Below, in pieces: positions 45,777 through 57,246 of a stretch of DNA of 64,000 nucleotides (positions are counted from its first letter, which is position 1; each line of letters opens with the position of its first letter). The stretch comes from an uncultured delta proteobacterium. Lineage in GTDB: Bacteria > Desulfobacterota > Desulfobacteria > Desulfobacterales > Desulfatirhabdiaceae. The stretch lies in NCBI GenBank assembly GCA_963789395.1, contig CAWBKP010000015.1:73668-137667 (forward strand), given 5' to 3'. The position numbers and the translations under genes were made by a program. Under the pieces are notes generated by a model. That model saw only the letters and a program-made list of their open reading frames with translations, made no database searches and was not told the origin of the DNA.

Positions 45777-46080
45777 TTCAATCGACTTTTTTTGAAACGG
45801 TCGCCCTTGCAAAAACCTGTCTGATTTTATATTTATTTATTGCGTGTATAATTCTGGTAACGATTTATCAACAAAAGCAAATATTTGTCAATCCGCGAAC
45901 CATTTCAGTTGCTTCATCCGTTAGCCGATCCAGTGCTTTCCGGGTTGTGGCAAACGGTTTTTAGTGGTAATAATCACACTCAAAAATTTGCAGCGTAATC
46001 GATGCTTCAGCGATAACGGCTAAACAGACTGAGCCCATGAAAAAGACACTGGAGAAATCGTCGGTCATAATTGAGGTAAA

Positions 46081-47646
46081 ATGACGAATCCGAATACCAT
46101 TAACGCACAGCAATTGCTCCTGGCAGGTTCCAGCGGCGCACTGCTGACCGCATCGTTTCCCAGCATCGGAATGCCTTGGCTGGCCTGGATCGCTCTGGTT
46201 CCACTGATGATTTCGCTAAGGGGCATGTCCGCTAAAAACGGTTTCCGGCTGGGATTATTGACCGGCGGCGTGCATTTCTTGACACTGATGTACTGGCTGA
46301 TCCATACCTTGATGACATTCGGCCACCTGCCTTTTTATTTAAGCGTGCCGATTCTTTTTTTACTTGTCGTTTACATGGCGCTTTATCCGGCCACGTTTGC
46401 AGCGGCTTTTTCATGGACCGATACCCAGTCCCCATGGTTTTTATCGGCAATGCCGGCGGTATGGGTTGCCCTGGAATATTTCCGGTCGTTTTTTTTATCC
46501 GGATTCCCCTGGGAATTTCTGGGATATTCACAGTACCGCCAGATAACGCTGATTCAGGCAGCCGACATCGCAGGCGTGTATGGCATTTCATTTGTAATCC
46601 TTTCGGTAAATGTTGCAGGATTTTTGATATGGCGGTATCTTTCAGAAAGGCGGCTGCCGAGCGCTTTACAAAACCGACGTTTGGCAGCATACGGCATAGC
46701 CGTTTCCGCCCTTCTGCTGCTTTATACGCTGGGATATGGCCAGTGGCGCATCAGCTCTCTCGATTCGAAAATATCCAAATCACCAGCCCGGAAAATCGCC
46801 ATTGTTCAGGGCAATATTGATCAGACTATCAAATGGGATCCGGCTTTCCAGACCTCGACAATCGATAAATACATCGCGCTTTCCAAATCGGCAAAACCAT
46901 CAACCCCCGATTTGATTGTCTGGCCTGAAACCTCTGCACCGTTTTATTTTCTCTATAATGCCAGCCAGACGGAAAGAGTCATTCAAGGTGTCCGGGAAAC
47001 CGGAACCAGTTTTTTGATCGGCAGCCCATCCTTTATCCGACAGGGGAACCATCAAACCGATTTTTTCAACAGTGCGTTTCTGATTGATCCGAACGGGAAC
47101 GTGGCCGGAAAATACGATAAGGTGCATCTTGTGCCGTTTGGTGAATATGTTCCGCTGCAGCAATGGTTTCCGTTTATTGGAAAAATTGTCGAGGAAGTCG
47201 GAGATTTCAAGTCCGGCCAAAAAGGCCAGACCCTGGCCTGGGGAGAATTTCCACTGGGGATTCAGATCTGCTATGAAATGATTTTCCCGGATCTATCCAG
47301 GGAAATGACCAGAAACCATGCGGCTTTCTTAATTAACATGACAAATGATGCCTGGTATGGTAATACCGGTGCACCGTATCAGCATTTTTCCATGGCCGTT
47401 TTCAGGGCTGTTGAAAACCACAGGTCACTGATCCGCTCCGCCAATACCGGCATCAGCGGGTTTATTGATCCGGCAGGCAGGATTATTGCCTCAACACCAC
47501 TGTTTGAGGATGCGGTGGTCACCCGTTCCATGCCCGTTTTAAAAACAGAATCTTTTTATACACGACACGGCGATGTTTTCGCCTTAACCTGCATGGCAAT
47601 CAGCATCCTTTTGTGTTTTTTCTGCGTCATCAGCCCAAAAAAATAA
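46081..47646 (+). CDS. lnt: Apolipoprotein N-acyltransferase
   Basis: GFPW..LGYSQ, VQGNI, WPE, YDK.HLVPFGEY, ICYE, TNDAWYG, RSANTGIS. Confidence 0.95.
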   Translation: MTNPNTINAQQLLLAGSSGALLTASFPSIGMPWLAWIALVPLMISLRGMSAKNGFRLGLLTGGVHFLTLMYWLIHTLMTFGHLPFYLSVPILFLLVVYMALYPATFAAAFSWTDTQSPWFLSAMPAVWVALEYFRSFFLSGFPWEFLGYSQYRQITLIQAADIAGVYGISFVILSVNVAGFLIWRYLSERRLPSALQNRRLAAYGIAVSALLLLYTLGYGQWRISSLDSKISKSPARKIAIVQGNIDQTIKWDPAFQTSTIDKYIALSKSAKPSTPDLIVWPETSAPFYFLYNASQTERVIQGVRETGTSFLIGSPSFIRQGNHQTDFFNSAFLIDPNGNVAGKYDKVHLVPFGEYVPLQQWFPFIGKIVEEVGDFKSGQKGQTLAWGEFPLGIQICYEMIFPDLSREMTRNHAAFLINMTNDAWYGNTGAPYQHFSMAVFRAVENHRSLIRSANTGISGFIDPAGRIIASTPLFEDAVVTRSMPVLKTESFYTRHGDVFALTCMAISILLCFFCVISPKK

Positions 47647-47706
47647 TTCACAGCCAAACACCATACAACTGGCCATACCAATCACTCATCACTAAGGAGG
47701 CGCATC

Positions 47707-48817
47707 ATGTCTTTGGAAATCAAACAGACCATAAAGGAACTGAGTCAAAAATTAGAGCCATTCAAGGGGTATCTTTGACCTGGCTGGCAAGGAACGGCGA
47801 CTGAAGGAAATCGAGGCCATGATTGCCGGCAAGTCTTTCTGGGACAATCCGGAAAAAACCACGGCCGTATTAAAAGAACGCACCCTGCTGTCCACAAAGG
47901 TCAGCGGCTTTAACAGTCTTTACCGGGATCTGGAAGACAGCGAGATCCTGTTGAACCTGGCGATGGAGGAATCCGACGCGGAAGCCCTCGGCGACGTCGT
48001 GCGGCAACTGGCTCAGATTGAAAAACGCATTCAGGATCTTTCCTTAAGCCTGATGCTGGATGGGGAAGACGATCCCAATAACGCCATTGTCTCCATTACA
48101 GCAGGTGCCGGCGGAACCGAGGCCCAGGACTGGTCTGAAATGCTGTTTCGCATGTATGCCCGGTGGATCGAGCGGAAAAACTTCAAGATGGAGATTGTGG
48201 ATTACCAGCCGGGCGATGAAGCCGGCCTCAAGGGTGCAACCTTTACCGTGACAGGTGAATACGCATATGGATATTTAAAATCCGAAAACGGCATTCACCG
48301 CCTGGTCCGCATCTCGCCGTTCAACGCCAACGGCAAACGTCAGACCTCGTTTTCATCGGTTTTTGTCTATCCGGAGCTGAGCAACGAAATCGTCGTGGAT
48401 ATCGATGAAAAAGATCTGCGTGTCGATGTGTTTCGGGCAAGCGGAGCCGGCGGTCAGCATGTCAATAAGACCAGCAGCGCGGTCCGGATTACCCATCTGC
48501 CCTCCGGGATCGTTGTGGCGTGCCAGCAGGAAAGGTCCCAGCACCGCAACAAGGACATGGCCATGAAAGTGCTGCGCTCCAGGCTCTACCAGCTTGAAAA
48601 ACAGCGGCAGGACGACAAGCTTCAGGAAATGCACGACACAAAGGATGAAATCGCCTGGGGAAGACAGATCCGCTCTTATATCCTTCACCCTTATCAAATG
48701 GTCAAGGACCACCGCATAGACCTGGACATCGGCAATGCCCAGGATGTACTGGACGGCTCTCTGGACCCGTTTATCGAAGGGGTGCTGATGGCCGGAAAGT
48801 CACGGGGAGTAACATAA
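47707..48817 (+). CDS. prfB: Peptide chain release factor 2 with programmed +1 frameshift
   Basis: MSLEIK...FKGYL then CTT TGA C at 47773-47779 with internal SD AGGGG; SPF and GGQ motifs downstream. Confidence 0.96.
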
Positions 48818-48820
48818 AAC

Positions 48821-49396
48821 TTGGACCCCCTGGATGTGATCGCCGCAAACTGCCCGAAAGGCTCTGCTGTCTATGGAATCCTGGTGACGCACAGCACCCT
48901 TGTGGCGCAAAAAGCCCTTGCCCTTGCCCGCCGCCTCGGCCATCTGAATCCGGACTTGGCGTTTATCTACGAGGCGGCCATGCTTCATGACATCGGTATT
49001 ATCATGACCAACACACCGGAGCTGGGCTGCACCGGCGCCCTTCCCTATATCTGTCACGGAGTCTCGGGAAGAACGATTCTGGAAAGTGCCGGTTTGGCGC
49101 GGCACGGACTGGTCTGCGAACGTCATGTCGGCGTGGGGATCACGGTAGAAAACATTCGATCCGGGAAACTGCCCATCCCCCTTCGTGACATGACACCGCA
49201 GACGCTTGAAGAGCAGATCATCTGTTATGCGGATAAATTTTATTCAAAGAACGGCCATCAACACCAGGCGGTAGAAAAGTCGGCGGAAGAGATCGTCCGC
49301 AGTCTCAGCCCCTATGGCCAGGACAATGTGGACCGCTTTATGTCCTGGCATCGGCTGTTTGAAAGCCCCCGAAGCCCTCAGTTTTCTCAGGGCTGA
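48821..49396 (+). CDS. HD-domain (HDIG) metal-dependent phosphohydrolase
   Basis: HS..VA, AAMLHDIG, ICYADKF. Confidence 0.85.
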   Translation: MDPLDVIAANCPKGSAVYGILVTHSTLVAQKALALARRLGHLNPDLAFIYEAAMLHDIGIIMTNTPELGCTGALPYICHGVSGRTILESAGLARHGLVCERHVGVGITVENIRSGKLPIPLRDMTPQTLEEQIICYADKFYSKNGHQHQAVEKSAEEIVRSLSPYGQDNVDRFMSWHRLFESPRSPQFSQG

Positions 49397-50169
49397 AGGG
49401 TGTTCAGCTGATTGTTTTCTTTAAAAAGCACGCTTTTCAGCCATGTCATCCCATAGGCCAGCAGCGCCACATCATCGGTTTTAATTTTTTCCAATGTCTG
49501 GTCATCAATCGGATAACGCGTGAGAAATGAGCTCTCCAGAACAAACTCCCGAAACCGGTCGATATCATAACTGACCATGAAAAACAGCTGTTTGGCTTTT
49601 TCCGTAAGCTGAACATTCATAGGGAAAGATCGCTTGCGAACGACAAGATCCGTCCACCCCGCATTGATCTCGTCATGAACATCCACTCCCTGATCCCGGC
49701 GCCACTCCCCAACGGTCCAGTTCCTGTCTTCTTCAAAACCCTTGCAGTGCGGCTCTTCGATCATTATATAAAAACCTTCATCGTCTGCGCCTTCCTTGTG
49801 ACTGAGAGAGGCGACACCGACAGGATAATACCGGCAGGTGGTGGGCCGATCCGTATAGACCAGACATCCATCGTCCCGGACAAACGGGCAGGATCTGGAA
49901 TCATCATCCAGAAGTTTCAGCAGAACCAGCGGCAGGTCGGTTTTTTCAAGCAACTGAGGAACCGTATACAGGGCCAGAAACTGGCCGGATGTCAAATCCA
50001 GCCGCTTTTTCAGAAGAATGATATCATACGGCGTTAAAATGATGCTGATCCCTCTGCAGCACCGGGTAAAACAACTGACATCTTTGTGACACCGAAACTT
50101 GAACCGACTCTCCAGGCCCAGTCGAACCGGTTCAATCCGTGCCTGGTTGTCATGTTGATCAACATTCAT
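49387..50169 (-). CDS. YkgJ-family cysteine-cluster protein
   Basis: FRCH...CFT.CC, CPFV...GC.VY.DRP.TCRYYP. Confidence 0.85.
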   Translation of the reverse strand: MNVDQHDNQARIEPVRLGLESRFKFRCHKDVSCFTRCCRGISIILTPYDIILLKKRLDLTSGQFLALYTVPQLLEKTDLPLVLLKLLDDDSRSCPFVRDDGCLVYTDRPTTCRYYPVGVASLSHKEGADDEGFYIMIEEPHCKGFEEDRNWTVGEWRRDQGVDVHDEINAGWTDLVVRKRSFPMNVQLTEKAKQLFFMVSYDIDRFREFVLESSFLTRYPIDDQTLEKIKTDDVALLAYGMTWLKSVLFKENNQLNTLQP

Positions 50170-50393
50170 ATTACATTTCCTTTCAACAACTTCATTTTTT
50201 TCAAATTTATATCGAAGCGGCAATTTAATGTCAACGTAATCATTTTTTAGCGCCATAAAAGTCCGTTTGTAAATATTATGCATATCATGTTAATGTAATT
50301 GTTTATTTAGAATAGATGTCTTGATAAATAAACCGGTCTCGATTATCAGGCCAAAAAATCTTCTGGCATTCACGGAATCGCCTGAGTCATCAC

Positions 50394-51260
50394 TTGCAAG
50401 AGGGGGCGCCCATCGACATCATACCATTAAAAACCGAGATGAAGGCATTGTCAAACCGCCTGAGAATACAGGGAAAAACCATCGCATTTGTTCCCACGAT
50501 GGGCTATCTTCACGAAGGCCATCTGTCGCTCATGCGACTGGCCCGGAGCTTGGCCGATACGCTGGTGGTCAGTATTTTTGTCAATCCCACGCAGTTCGGG
50601 CCCGGTGAAGATCTTGGCGCCTATCCCCGGAACTTTGAAGGAGATGCGTCTCTTTGCCAAAAAGAAGGAGTGGATGTTCTTTTCTATCCATCCGCAGCGG
50701 AGATGTACGGCCCCCATTTTCAGACATTCATTACCCTTGAAAAGCTTCCGCTTCACCTCTGCGGCATCTCGAGACCGTCTTTTTTCAGAGGGGTTGCAAC
50801 CGTCGTGACCAAGCTTTTCAATATCGTCAAACCCCACACAGCCGTATTCGGCCAGAAGGATTATCAGCAGGTCATGGTCATTCGGCAACTGGTTCAGGAT
50901 CTGGATCTGGACATCCAGATCACCAGCGGCCCCACTGTCCGCGAACCGGACGGACTTGCCATGAGCTCCCGCAATGCATACCTGAGCGCATCCCAAAGGC
51001 CGTCCGCCCTGAGCCTGTATCAGGCGCTTTGCAAGACCCGGAACCAGCTTGAAAATGGACTGATTGACGCAAAGGCCCTGATTCAGTCGGCAGCCAACCT
51101 GATCCTGTCTTTTCCTGAAACCGCCATCGACTACATCGCCATCTGCGATCCGGATACGCTGGAGGACATGCAAACCATCGACAGGCCTGCAGTCATGGCG
51201 CTTGCCGTAAAAGTCGGCAAAACCCGCCTGATTGACAACATGATCCTGGCACCACAATAA
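50394..51260 (+). CDS. panC: Pantoate--beta-alanine ligase (exact start uncertain)
   Basis: [47 protein letters not shown]. Confidence 0.95.
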   Translation: MQEGAPIDIIPLKTEMKALSNRLRIQGKTIAFVPTMGYLHEGHLSLMRLARSLADTLVVSIFVNPTQFGPGEDLGAYPRNFEGDASLCQKEGVDVLFYPSAAEMYGPHFQTFITLEKLPLHLCGISRPSFFRGVATVVTKLFNIVKPHTAVFGQKDYQQVMVIRQLVQDLDLDIQITSGPTVREPDGLAMSSRNAYLSASQRPSALSLYQALCKTRNQLENGLIDAKALIQSAANLILSFPETAIDYIAICDPDTLEDMQTIDRPAVMALAVKVGKTRLIDNMILAPQ

Positions 51261-51325
51261 TAGCCATTTTACTTCCCCGACGGACACCGAAAGGGAACCC
51301 AATTGAGATGAAACAAGGAGAACTC

Positions 51326-52492
51326 ATGAGCGAAAAATTCTTTTTTACTTCTGAATCCGTAACCGAAGGACATCCGGACAAGGTTGCGGACGCGGTATCG
51401 GATTCCATTCTGGATGCCATTATGGCTCAGGATAAAAACTGCCGGGTCGCCTGTGAAACACTGGTCACCACTGGCCTGGTATTTATTGCCGGAGAAATTT
51501 CAACGGCCTGTTATGTGGAAATGCCTGAAATCGCCCGAAACACGATCAAGGAAATCGGCTATCATTCGTCCCAGATGGGCTTTGACTGGAGAACCTGCTC
51601 GGTGCTGACCAGCATCGACCACCAGTCTCCGGATATCGCACAGGGCGTCAATGCCGGCGAAGGGCTGTACAAGGAACAGGGCGCGGGGGACCAGGGACTC
51701 ATGTTCGGATTTGCCACGGATGAAACCCCCGAGCTCATGCCCATGCCCCTGATGTATGCCCACAAACTCTGCCATCGTCTGGCAACGGTCCGCAAAAACG
51801 GAAGCCTCGATTTTCTCCGACCGGACGGCAAGTCTCAGGTGACCATTGAATATGAAGACGGCATCCCCAGACGGGTGGATACCATTGTCATTGCCGCCCA
51901 GCACAAGGCCGACGTCACTTATGAAGATCTGAAGGAAGCCATCATCGAGGAAGTCATTCGAAAAGTCATCCCCAGGCACATGATGGATGGCGACACCCGT
52001 TATTATATCAATGCCACGGGAAAATTCGTCATCGGCGGCCCCATGGGGGACTGCGGTCTTACCGGAAGAAAAATCATCGTCGATACCTACGGCGGACAGG
52101 GAAGCCACGGCGGCGGCTGTTTTTCAGGAAAAGACCCCTCCAAGGTGGATCGCAGCGCCTCCTATATGGCCCGGCATGTGGCCAAGAATATCGTTGCCGC
52201 CGGAATCGCCAAAAAATGCGAAATTCAGATCGCTTATGCCATTGGCGTTGCCGAACCCGTATCCATCATGATCGACATGATGGGAACCGGCCTGATTCCC
52301 AAGGAAAGGGTCAAGGAAATCGTTCTGGAAGTATTTGACCTGAGGCCGGCTGCCATCATCGAGCATCTGGACCTGTTGCGCCCCATCTACAGAAAAACCG
52401 CCGCTTATGGCCATTTTGGCAGAAATGAGCCGGAATTTACCTGGGAAAACACGCAGATATCCAGCATCCTCAGGGAAAAAGCCGGAATTTAA
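51326..52492 (+). CDS. metK: S-adenosylmethionine synthetase
   Basis: [49 protein letters not shown]. Confidence 0.97.
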   Translation: MSEKFFFTSESVTEGHPDKVADAVSDSILDAIMAQDKNCRVACETLVTTGLVFIAGEISTACYVEMPEIARNTIKEIGYHSSQMGFDWRTCSVLTSIDHQSPDIAQGVNAGEGLYKEQGAGDQGLMFGFATDETPELMPMPLMYAHKLCHRLATVRKNGSLDFLRPDGKSQVTIEYEDGIPRRVDTIVIAAQHKADVTYEDLKEAIIEEVIRKVIPRHMMDGDTRYYINATGKFVIGGPMGDCGLTGRKIIVDTYGGQGSHGGGCFSGKDPSKVDRSASYMARHVAKNIVAAGIAKKCEIQIAYAIGVAEPVSIMIDMMGTGLIPKERVKEIVLEVFDLRPAAIIEHLDLLRPIYRKTAAYGHFGRNEPEFTWENTQISSILREKAGI

Positions 52493-52515
52493 TCAAACTA
52501 AAGGAGATCAACATA

Positions 52516-53934
52516 GTGTTAGATATTGACCTTTCGCTTCCTTACAAGGTTGCCGATATGTCGCTTGCGGATTTTGGAAACAAGGAAATGAGGCTGGCTG
52601 AAAATGAAATGCCGGGCCTGATGTCTGTCCGGGAAAAATACGGCCCCTCAAAACCCCTCAAGGGGTTAAAAATCATGGGCAGCCTTCACATGACCATTCA
52701 AACCGCCATGCTCATCGAAACCCTGAAGATTCTGGGTGCAGATCTTCGCTGGGCCACCTGCAATATTTTTTCAACCCAGGACCATGCCGCGGCAGCCATC
52801 GCGAAAAATGGCTCGGCGGCCGTATTTGCCTGGAAAGGCGAGTCCCTGGAAGAATTCTGGTGGTGCACGGAGCAGGCACTGCTCTGGCCGGACGGAACCG
52901 GCCCGGACCTGATTGTGGATGACGGCGGAGATGCCACGCTCTATGTCCACCAGGGCGTGGCAATCGAAAAGAACCCGTCCCTTCTGGATCAGACTTACGA
53001 CAGCATGGATATGCAGTGCTTAATGGCCAGAATGAAGGCCAGTTACCGGAAAGATCCGAAACTGTGGACAAGAATCGCGGCAAATATCCGCGGGGTTTCT
53101 GAAGAGACCACAACCGGCGTTCACCGGCTCTATCATCTTGCCCGAAATGGCGAGCTGCTGTTTCCGGCATTTAACGTCAATGACTCGGTCACCAAATCCA
53201 AGTTCGACAACCTCTACGGATGCCGGGAATCCCTGGCGGACGGCATCAAGCGGGCAACCGACATCATGATTGCCGGAAAAGTGGCGGTGATCTGCGGATA
53301 CGGCGATGTGGGAAAAGGATGCGCCCAGTCCATGCGGGGATTCGGCGCCAGAGTCATCATCACGGAAATCGACCCGATCTGTGCGCTTCAGGCAGCCATG
53401 GAAGGCTATCAGGTCATGACCATGGAAGAGGCTGCGCCGCTTGGCGATATCTTTGTCACGGCCACGGGCTGCTACCATGTCATCACCGGAAGCCACATGG
53501 AAAAGATGAAACATGAGGCCATCATCTGCAACATCGGCCATTTCGACAACGAGATCCAGATGACTTATCTGGAAAGCAACCCCAAATGCGTCAAAGAGAA
53601 CATCAAGCCCCAGGTGGACAAATGGACCCTGGAGTCCGGCAGGTCCATCCTGATTCTGGCAGAAGGCAGGCTGGTCAATCTGGGATGCGCCACGGGTCAT
53701 CCCAGTTTTGTCATGAGCAACAGCTTTACCAACCAGTGCATGGCCCAGATTGCCCTGGCAACCCAGAAACATGAATGCAGGGTCTATACCCTGCCAAAGC
53801 TCCTGGATGAAGAAGTCGCCAGACTTCACCTCGGGAAACTCGGCGCAAAACTCACCCGGCTGACACCTTTTCAGGCTGATTATCTGGGCGTACCGGCTGA
53901 AGGGCCGTTCAAGCCGGATCATTACCGATATTGA
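52516..53934 (+). CDS. ahcY: Adenosylhomocysteinase
   Basis: [55 protein letters not shown]. Confidence 0.97.
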   Translation: MLDIDLSLPYKVADMSLADFGNKEMRLAENEMPGLMSVREKYGPSKPLKGLKIMGSLHMTIQTAMLIETLKILGADLRWATCNIFSTQDHAAAAIAKNGSAAVFAWKGESLEEFWWCTEQALLWPDGTGPDLIVDDGGDATLYVHQGVAIEKNPSLLDQTYDSMDMQCLMARMKASYRKDPKLWTRIAANIRGVSEETTTGVHRLYHLARNGELLFPAFNVNDSVTKSKFDNLYGCRESLADGIKRATDIMIAGKVAVICGYGDVGKGCAQSMRGFGARVIITEIDPICALQAAMEGYQVMTMEEAAPLGDIFVTATGCYHVITGSHMEKMKHEAIICNIGHFDNEIQMTYLESNPKCVKENIKPQVDKWTLESGRSILILAEGRLVNLGCATGHPSFVMSNSFTNQCMAQIALATQKHECRVYTLPKLLDEEVARLHLGKLGAKLTRLTPFQADYLGVPAEGPFKPDHYRY

Positions 53935-53946
53935 TGCAAGCAGTCA

Positions 53947-54000
53947 ATGGGTCGTGGGTAGTGGGCGACAGGCTATTGTCGCCTTTTACCAACGACCCAT
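53947..54000. terminator. Long imperfect hairpin between convergent ahcY and a hypothetical gene
   Basis: atgggtcgt..ggcgaca / tgtcgcc..acgacccat. Confidence 0.55.
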
Positions 54001-54010
54001 TAGCCGGCTT

Positions 54011-54268
54011 TTATTTCCGGTTTTCTGCCAGCAATTCCCGCGCCACCCGAATATCATACGCCTGCTTCGGGTCAAAATGCTTCTGGGTGTTCATCCGGGA
54101 TGCCTCCAGAATGGCTCGATAGGGCATCCAGCCATGCGTTTTCCAGAGTTCGGCATCATCTGCGCTCCACAACCTGAAGCAGATGACGTCTTCGTCGTCC
54201 TTCACATACATCCGCACACGCTTGTTATCCGGAAAAGGGTAATAGTAAATGCCGTTTTCATCTTTCAT
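54011..54268 (-). CDS. Hypothetical protein (85 aa)
   Basis: ORF with protein-like composition (GIYYYPFP.NK.VRMYV, FRLW) filling the intergenic gap. Confidence 0.65.
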   Translation of the reverse strand: MKDENGIYYYPFPDNKRVRMYVKDDEDVICFRLWSADDAELWKTHGWMPYRAILEASRMNTQKHFDPKQAYDIRVARELLAENRK

Positions 54269-54440
54269 AATAGGGTCTGTTGATCTTTCAATAATTCGGG
54301 TTACCGGGTTATAGTGAAACGTGCGGCTGCCATGATTTGGCGTTCGCTACATCTTTTGAAAAATAGCAGAGAAATTTTCTTTCTGCAAAGCAATTTGTGA
54401 TTTGATAAAAAATCAAAATCCCCCAGCACGCCAATCGAAA

Positions 54441-55289
54441 TCATATTTTTGACTGCATATCAAAACGGCCGATAATTTGCTGATAATATCCGGCCTCATC
54501 CGCCCTGCCCCGCTTGATGCACCCTTCCGCATATATCCGGCATTTTTCTGTCAGCACATCAACAGCAGCCTGATAGTCATGGTGTGGCAGCGAATGGGTT
54601 TCAAGAATAGACACGATCGACTGAATCCGGTATCGGTCCAGCCCGGGATTCCGGGAAAGTTGATCGTCATGTCCCCCGCGCTTAACCACCAGCTGGCGGT
54701 CAATTAGATGGATGGGATAATAAAGCCCGATTCTTAACCACAAATCATAATCTTCGCAGGCAGGAAAAGCCTCATTAAATAAACCGACCTTGGCAAAGAG
54801 ACTTTTTTGGATCATCACCGCTGATGGGCTCACCAGGCAAAGCTGAAGCGACGGCTGAAAAATCATTCCAGACGGCTTTTTGTGCCGGTTTTTCGGATTG
54901 ACGCGAACACCGTTTCGAATCCAGATTTCATCGGTTTGACAAATCACAACTTCCGGATGCGACACGAAAAAATCCACCTGACAGGAAAGTTTTTCCGGCA
55001 ACCACATATCATCTGAATCCAGAAAGGCGATATACGTGCCTGTTGCAATCGATATCCCGGCATTCCTGGCAGCACTGACCCCTTTATTTTCTTGATAAAC
55101 CGTTATGATTTGATCCCCATATGCTGACAACAGCCCCCTTGTTTCGTCAGTTGAGCCATCATCAACAACAATGATCTCAAAATCGGCGAAATTCTGGGAC
55201 AGAACCGAATCAATCGCTTCTTTCAGAAACTCGCAGCGGTTATAGGTGGGGATAACGACACTGATGCAGGGATTTGAACCGTTTTTCAT
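54441..55289 (-). CDS. Glycosyltransferase family 2
   Basis: [41 protein letters not shown]. Confidence 0.92.
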   Translation of the reverse strand: MKNGSNPCISVVIPTYNRCEFLKEAIDSVLSQNFADFEIIVVDDGSTDETRGLLSAYGDQIITVYQENKGVSAARNAGISIATGTYIAFLDSDDMWLPEKLSCQVDFFVSHPEVVICQTDEIWIRNGVRVNPKNRHKKPSGMIFQPSLQLCLVSPSAVMIQKSLFAKVGLFNEAFPACEDYDLWLRIGLYYPIHLIDRQLVVKRGGHDDQLSRNPGLDRYRIQSIVSILETHSLPHHDYQAAVDVLTEKCRIYAEGCIKRGRADEAGYYQQIIGRFDMQSKI

Positions 55290-55387
55290 CTTTTATTCTG
55301 AGACCTTATTTTTCTATAAACAGAAAACTTGACAAACCGAACGATAATTGATATTTATTTAAAGATAATTCATCACTGCTTCTCAAC

Positions 55388-55464
55388 GGGCCGTTAGCTC
55401 AATCAGGTAGAGCACCTGACTCTTAATCAGTAGGTTATTGGTTCGATTCCAATACGGCCCACCA
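55388..55464 (+). tRNA. tRNA-Lys (CTT)
   Basis: GGGCCGT acceptor stem pairing with ACGGCCC, anticodon loop CT-CTT-AA, GTTCGATTC T-loop, encoded CCA; TTGACA at 55329. Confidence 0.95.
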
Positions 55465-55472
55465 ATAATATC

Positions 55473-55507
55473 AAGGATTTATGGCTAAATGCTGTAAATC
55501 CTTTTTT
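55473..55507 (+). terminator. Hairpin plus T-run after the tRNA
   Basis: aaggatttatggc-taaat-gctgtaaatcctt-tttt. Confidence 0.7.
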
Positions 55508-55613
55508 CGTTTATGAATAAAATAGGCTATTTTGTCCCGTATCTGTCCCGCATTCTTTTTTTGTTGTATTTGTTGCATTGCGCCGATATTTTTATCAACA
55601 CCATCATTTACAG

Positions 55614-55979
55614 TCAACCACCGAAATAAAGCCCTCCAGCCAATGACACTGGGAAAGAAGACTTTTCCATGATATCATTGCAAGCCATTTCTCCAAGCAG
55701 TTTTTCATGAATCCGACTCTTGCTCCCAGAACGATAGCCGGATGCAATATGAACGATGTGCCCAATGGCTCCAGTCCGTAATATTCGATCAACATCCCCG
55801 CGGACCAACTGCCGCATGACCATCTCAAAGCTTTCCTCCAGGCTTCCATCCGTATATCCAGTATCGGTGCCGTCTCGGGTCACAAACTCCTCTATGAGCC
55901 CTTATAAAGCTACCTGACTCAGCCTGTCATGAGGGATGATTATCCCATTATGATGATTTCCCCCTGTCATTGGTTCCAT
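55614..55979 (-). pseudogene. YheU (UPF0270)-like pseudogene
   Basis: IIIPHDRLSQVAL*GLIEEFVTRDGTD.GY....LEE......RQL..G with an in-frame TAA at 55902-55904. Confidence 0.65.
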
Positions 55980-55995
55980 CTCAAAATCAAAATAA

Positions 55996-56161
55996 TCAGT
56001 TTATATCGACACGCCGTATCCCATCCGGCCGCCATGCCGGCGATATCACATGACTGCCTTTTTCCTCGGTATCCATGAGGCTGGCAAAGGTCACGGTATT
56101 GTCTCCGTATCTGTTGTTGACGGCGCCATGGCCCGAACCATGAGCGCCTTTCTTCGTTCCT
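55996..56161 (-). pseudogene. 3' remnant resembling a DNA polymerase IV (DinB) C-terminal tail, cut by the IS
   Basis: ERRKALMVRAM(D)AVNNRYGDNTVTFASL...VISPAWRPDGIRRVDIN*, one indel; similarity recalled, not searched. Confidence 0.5.
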
Positions 56162-56421
56162 TGTCAGCGCCGGTGAGAAAGGGAGCCAATTTGTCCGGTT
56201 AAATTGAATCCACCCTTATCCGGCTAAAATGAATCCATTTCCTTCCGACTTCTATTTTCTTACCCGATTCGCAGTGGTGACTTTCTTTTTCTTATTTCTT
56301 CTTCCCAATTCGTATGACGAATTCCTTTTTCTTCCCTGATTCCCTGCATTTTTCTTAGATCCTGTTGTTTCTTTGCTCATTCAGGTTATGGTTTCTCTCA
56401 TAAGGGGGGTAGAGAGAAGTC

Positions 56422-56838
56422 ATGAAAGCCATTCGATGCGCTCATTGTCATCAGTTTTTTGTCCCCAACCCACGTGTCAAAAACCAACGTTACTGCAGCG
56501 AGAAACCCTGTCAGCGCGCCAGAAAAACTCTCTGGCAGAGTCAAAAGCTCAAAACCGATCCGGATTATAAAGCCAACCAAAGGGACTGCCAAAAACAGTG
56601 GTGTAAAAATCACCCTGATTACTGGAGCAACTGGCGGGCAGCACATCCCGGTTACACCGAGCGTAACCGCATCCGCGGCCGTCTTAAATCCCGCAACCTT
56701 GCAAAGATGGACGCGTCAAAGTCAGAACGTTTCATTAAATCAGGTTGTTATTTTCTTATTCCAGAGCCTTTGAGTCCTGTTTTTATTGCAAAGATGGACG
56801 CGTCAATACAAAAAGTACAATTGATATCAGTTGGTTAA
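56422..56838 (+). CDS. IS-borne accessory protein with Cys cluster (CAHC...YCSEKPC), basic
   Basis: 138-aa ORF inside the IRs, purine-rich RBS-like sequence upstream. Confidence 0.7.
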   Translation: MKAIRCAHCHQFFVPNPRVKNQRYCSEKPCQRARKTLWQSQKLKTDPDYKANQRDCQKQWCKNHPDYWSNWRAAHPGYTERNRIRGRLKSRNLAKMDASKSERFIKSGCYFLIPEPLSPVFIAKMDASIQKVQLISVG

Positions 56839-56870
56839 TCATGTCTTTTGTTTTTGCAAAATAGGACTCG
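56699..56870 (+). repeat. Direct repeats ttgcaaagatggacgcgtcaa (56699-56719, 56786-56806) plus degenerate copy ttgcaaaataggactcg (56854-56870)
   Basis: Two perfect 21-bp copies 87 bp apart and one partial copy. Confidence 0.85.
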
Positions 56871-56925
56871 ATGGACTCGTTCCATTTATTTGGATAGGGT
56901 GCCAAAAACTGCAGGGAGACCATCC

Positions 56926-57246
56926 ATGATCCAAAAACATATTTTAAATCCACAAAGGGTTCGCTCCATCACCGGAAGCTTTGCTTACATCGAGCATCGC
57001 TTTGTGAAAAGTGGCTTTCTAAAGCGCCTCGGGCATCATTCATTGCTGCTATATCTTTTCCTGGTTCTGGCAGCGGATCAATATGGGCTGTCTTACTACA
57101 GTTATGAGAAAATCTGCTCTTTTTTAAAACTGACATTGGATGAATACATCGATGCCAGGAATCTGCTCATTGAGTCCGATTTGATCGCTTTTGATGGAAC
57201 CTTGTTCCAGGTGTTGTCTTTACCCACGTCAGGAGATAAACCATGA
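56926..57246 (+). CDS. IS-borne accessory protein, probable winged-helix DNA-binding fold
   Basis: LLYLFLVLAAD..GLSYYS.EKIC..L.L....Y..ARN.LI..DLI; RBS GGGAG; stop overlaps the istA start (ATGA). Confidence 0.7.
   Translation: MIQKHILNPQRVRSITGSFAYIEHRFVKSGFLKRLGHHSLLLYLFLVLAADQYGLSYYSYEKICSFLKLTLDEYIDARNLLIESDLIAFDGTLFQVLSLPTSGDKP

Noticed and set aside
51261..51325. SAM/SAH riboswitch upstream of metK-ahcY
   Set aside because: Only about 65 nt of intergenic space and no recognisable aptamer consensus
40558..53922. Long antisense ORFs (e.g. 40558-41562, 50451-51302, 53020-53922; also 60245-61309)
   Set aside because: They are shadow frames opposite well-supported genes and have no recognisable motifs
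56699..56870. Mini CRISPR array
   Set aside because: Only two perfect 21-bp copies, spacers of unequal and atypical length, located within an ORF, no cas genes
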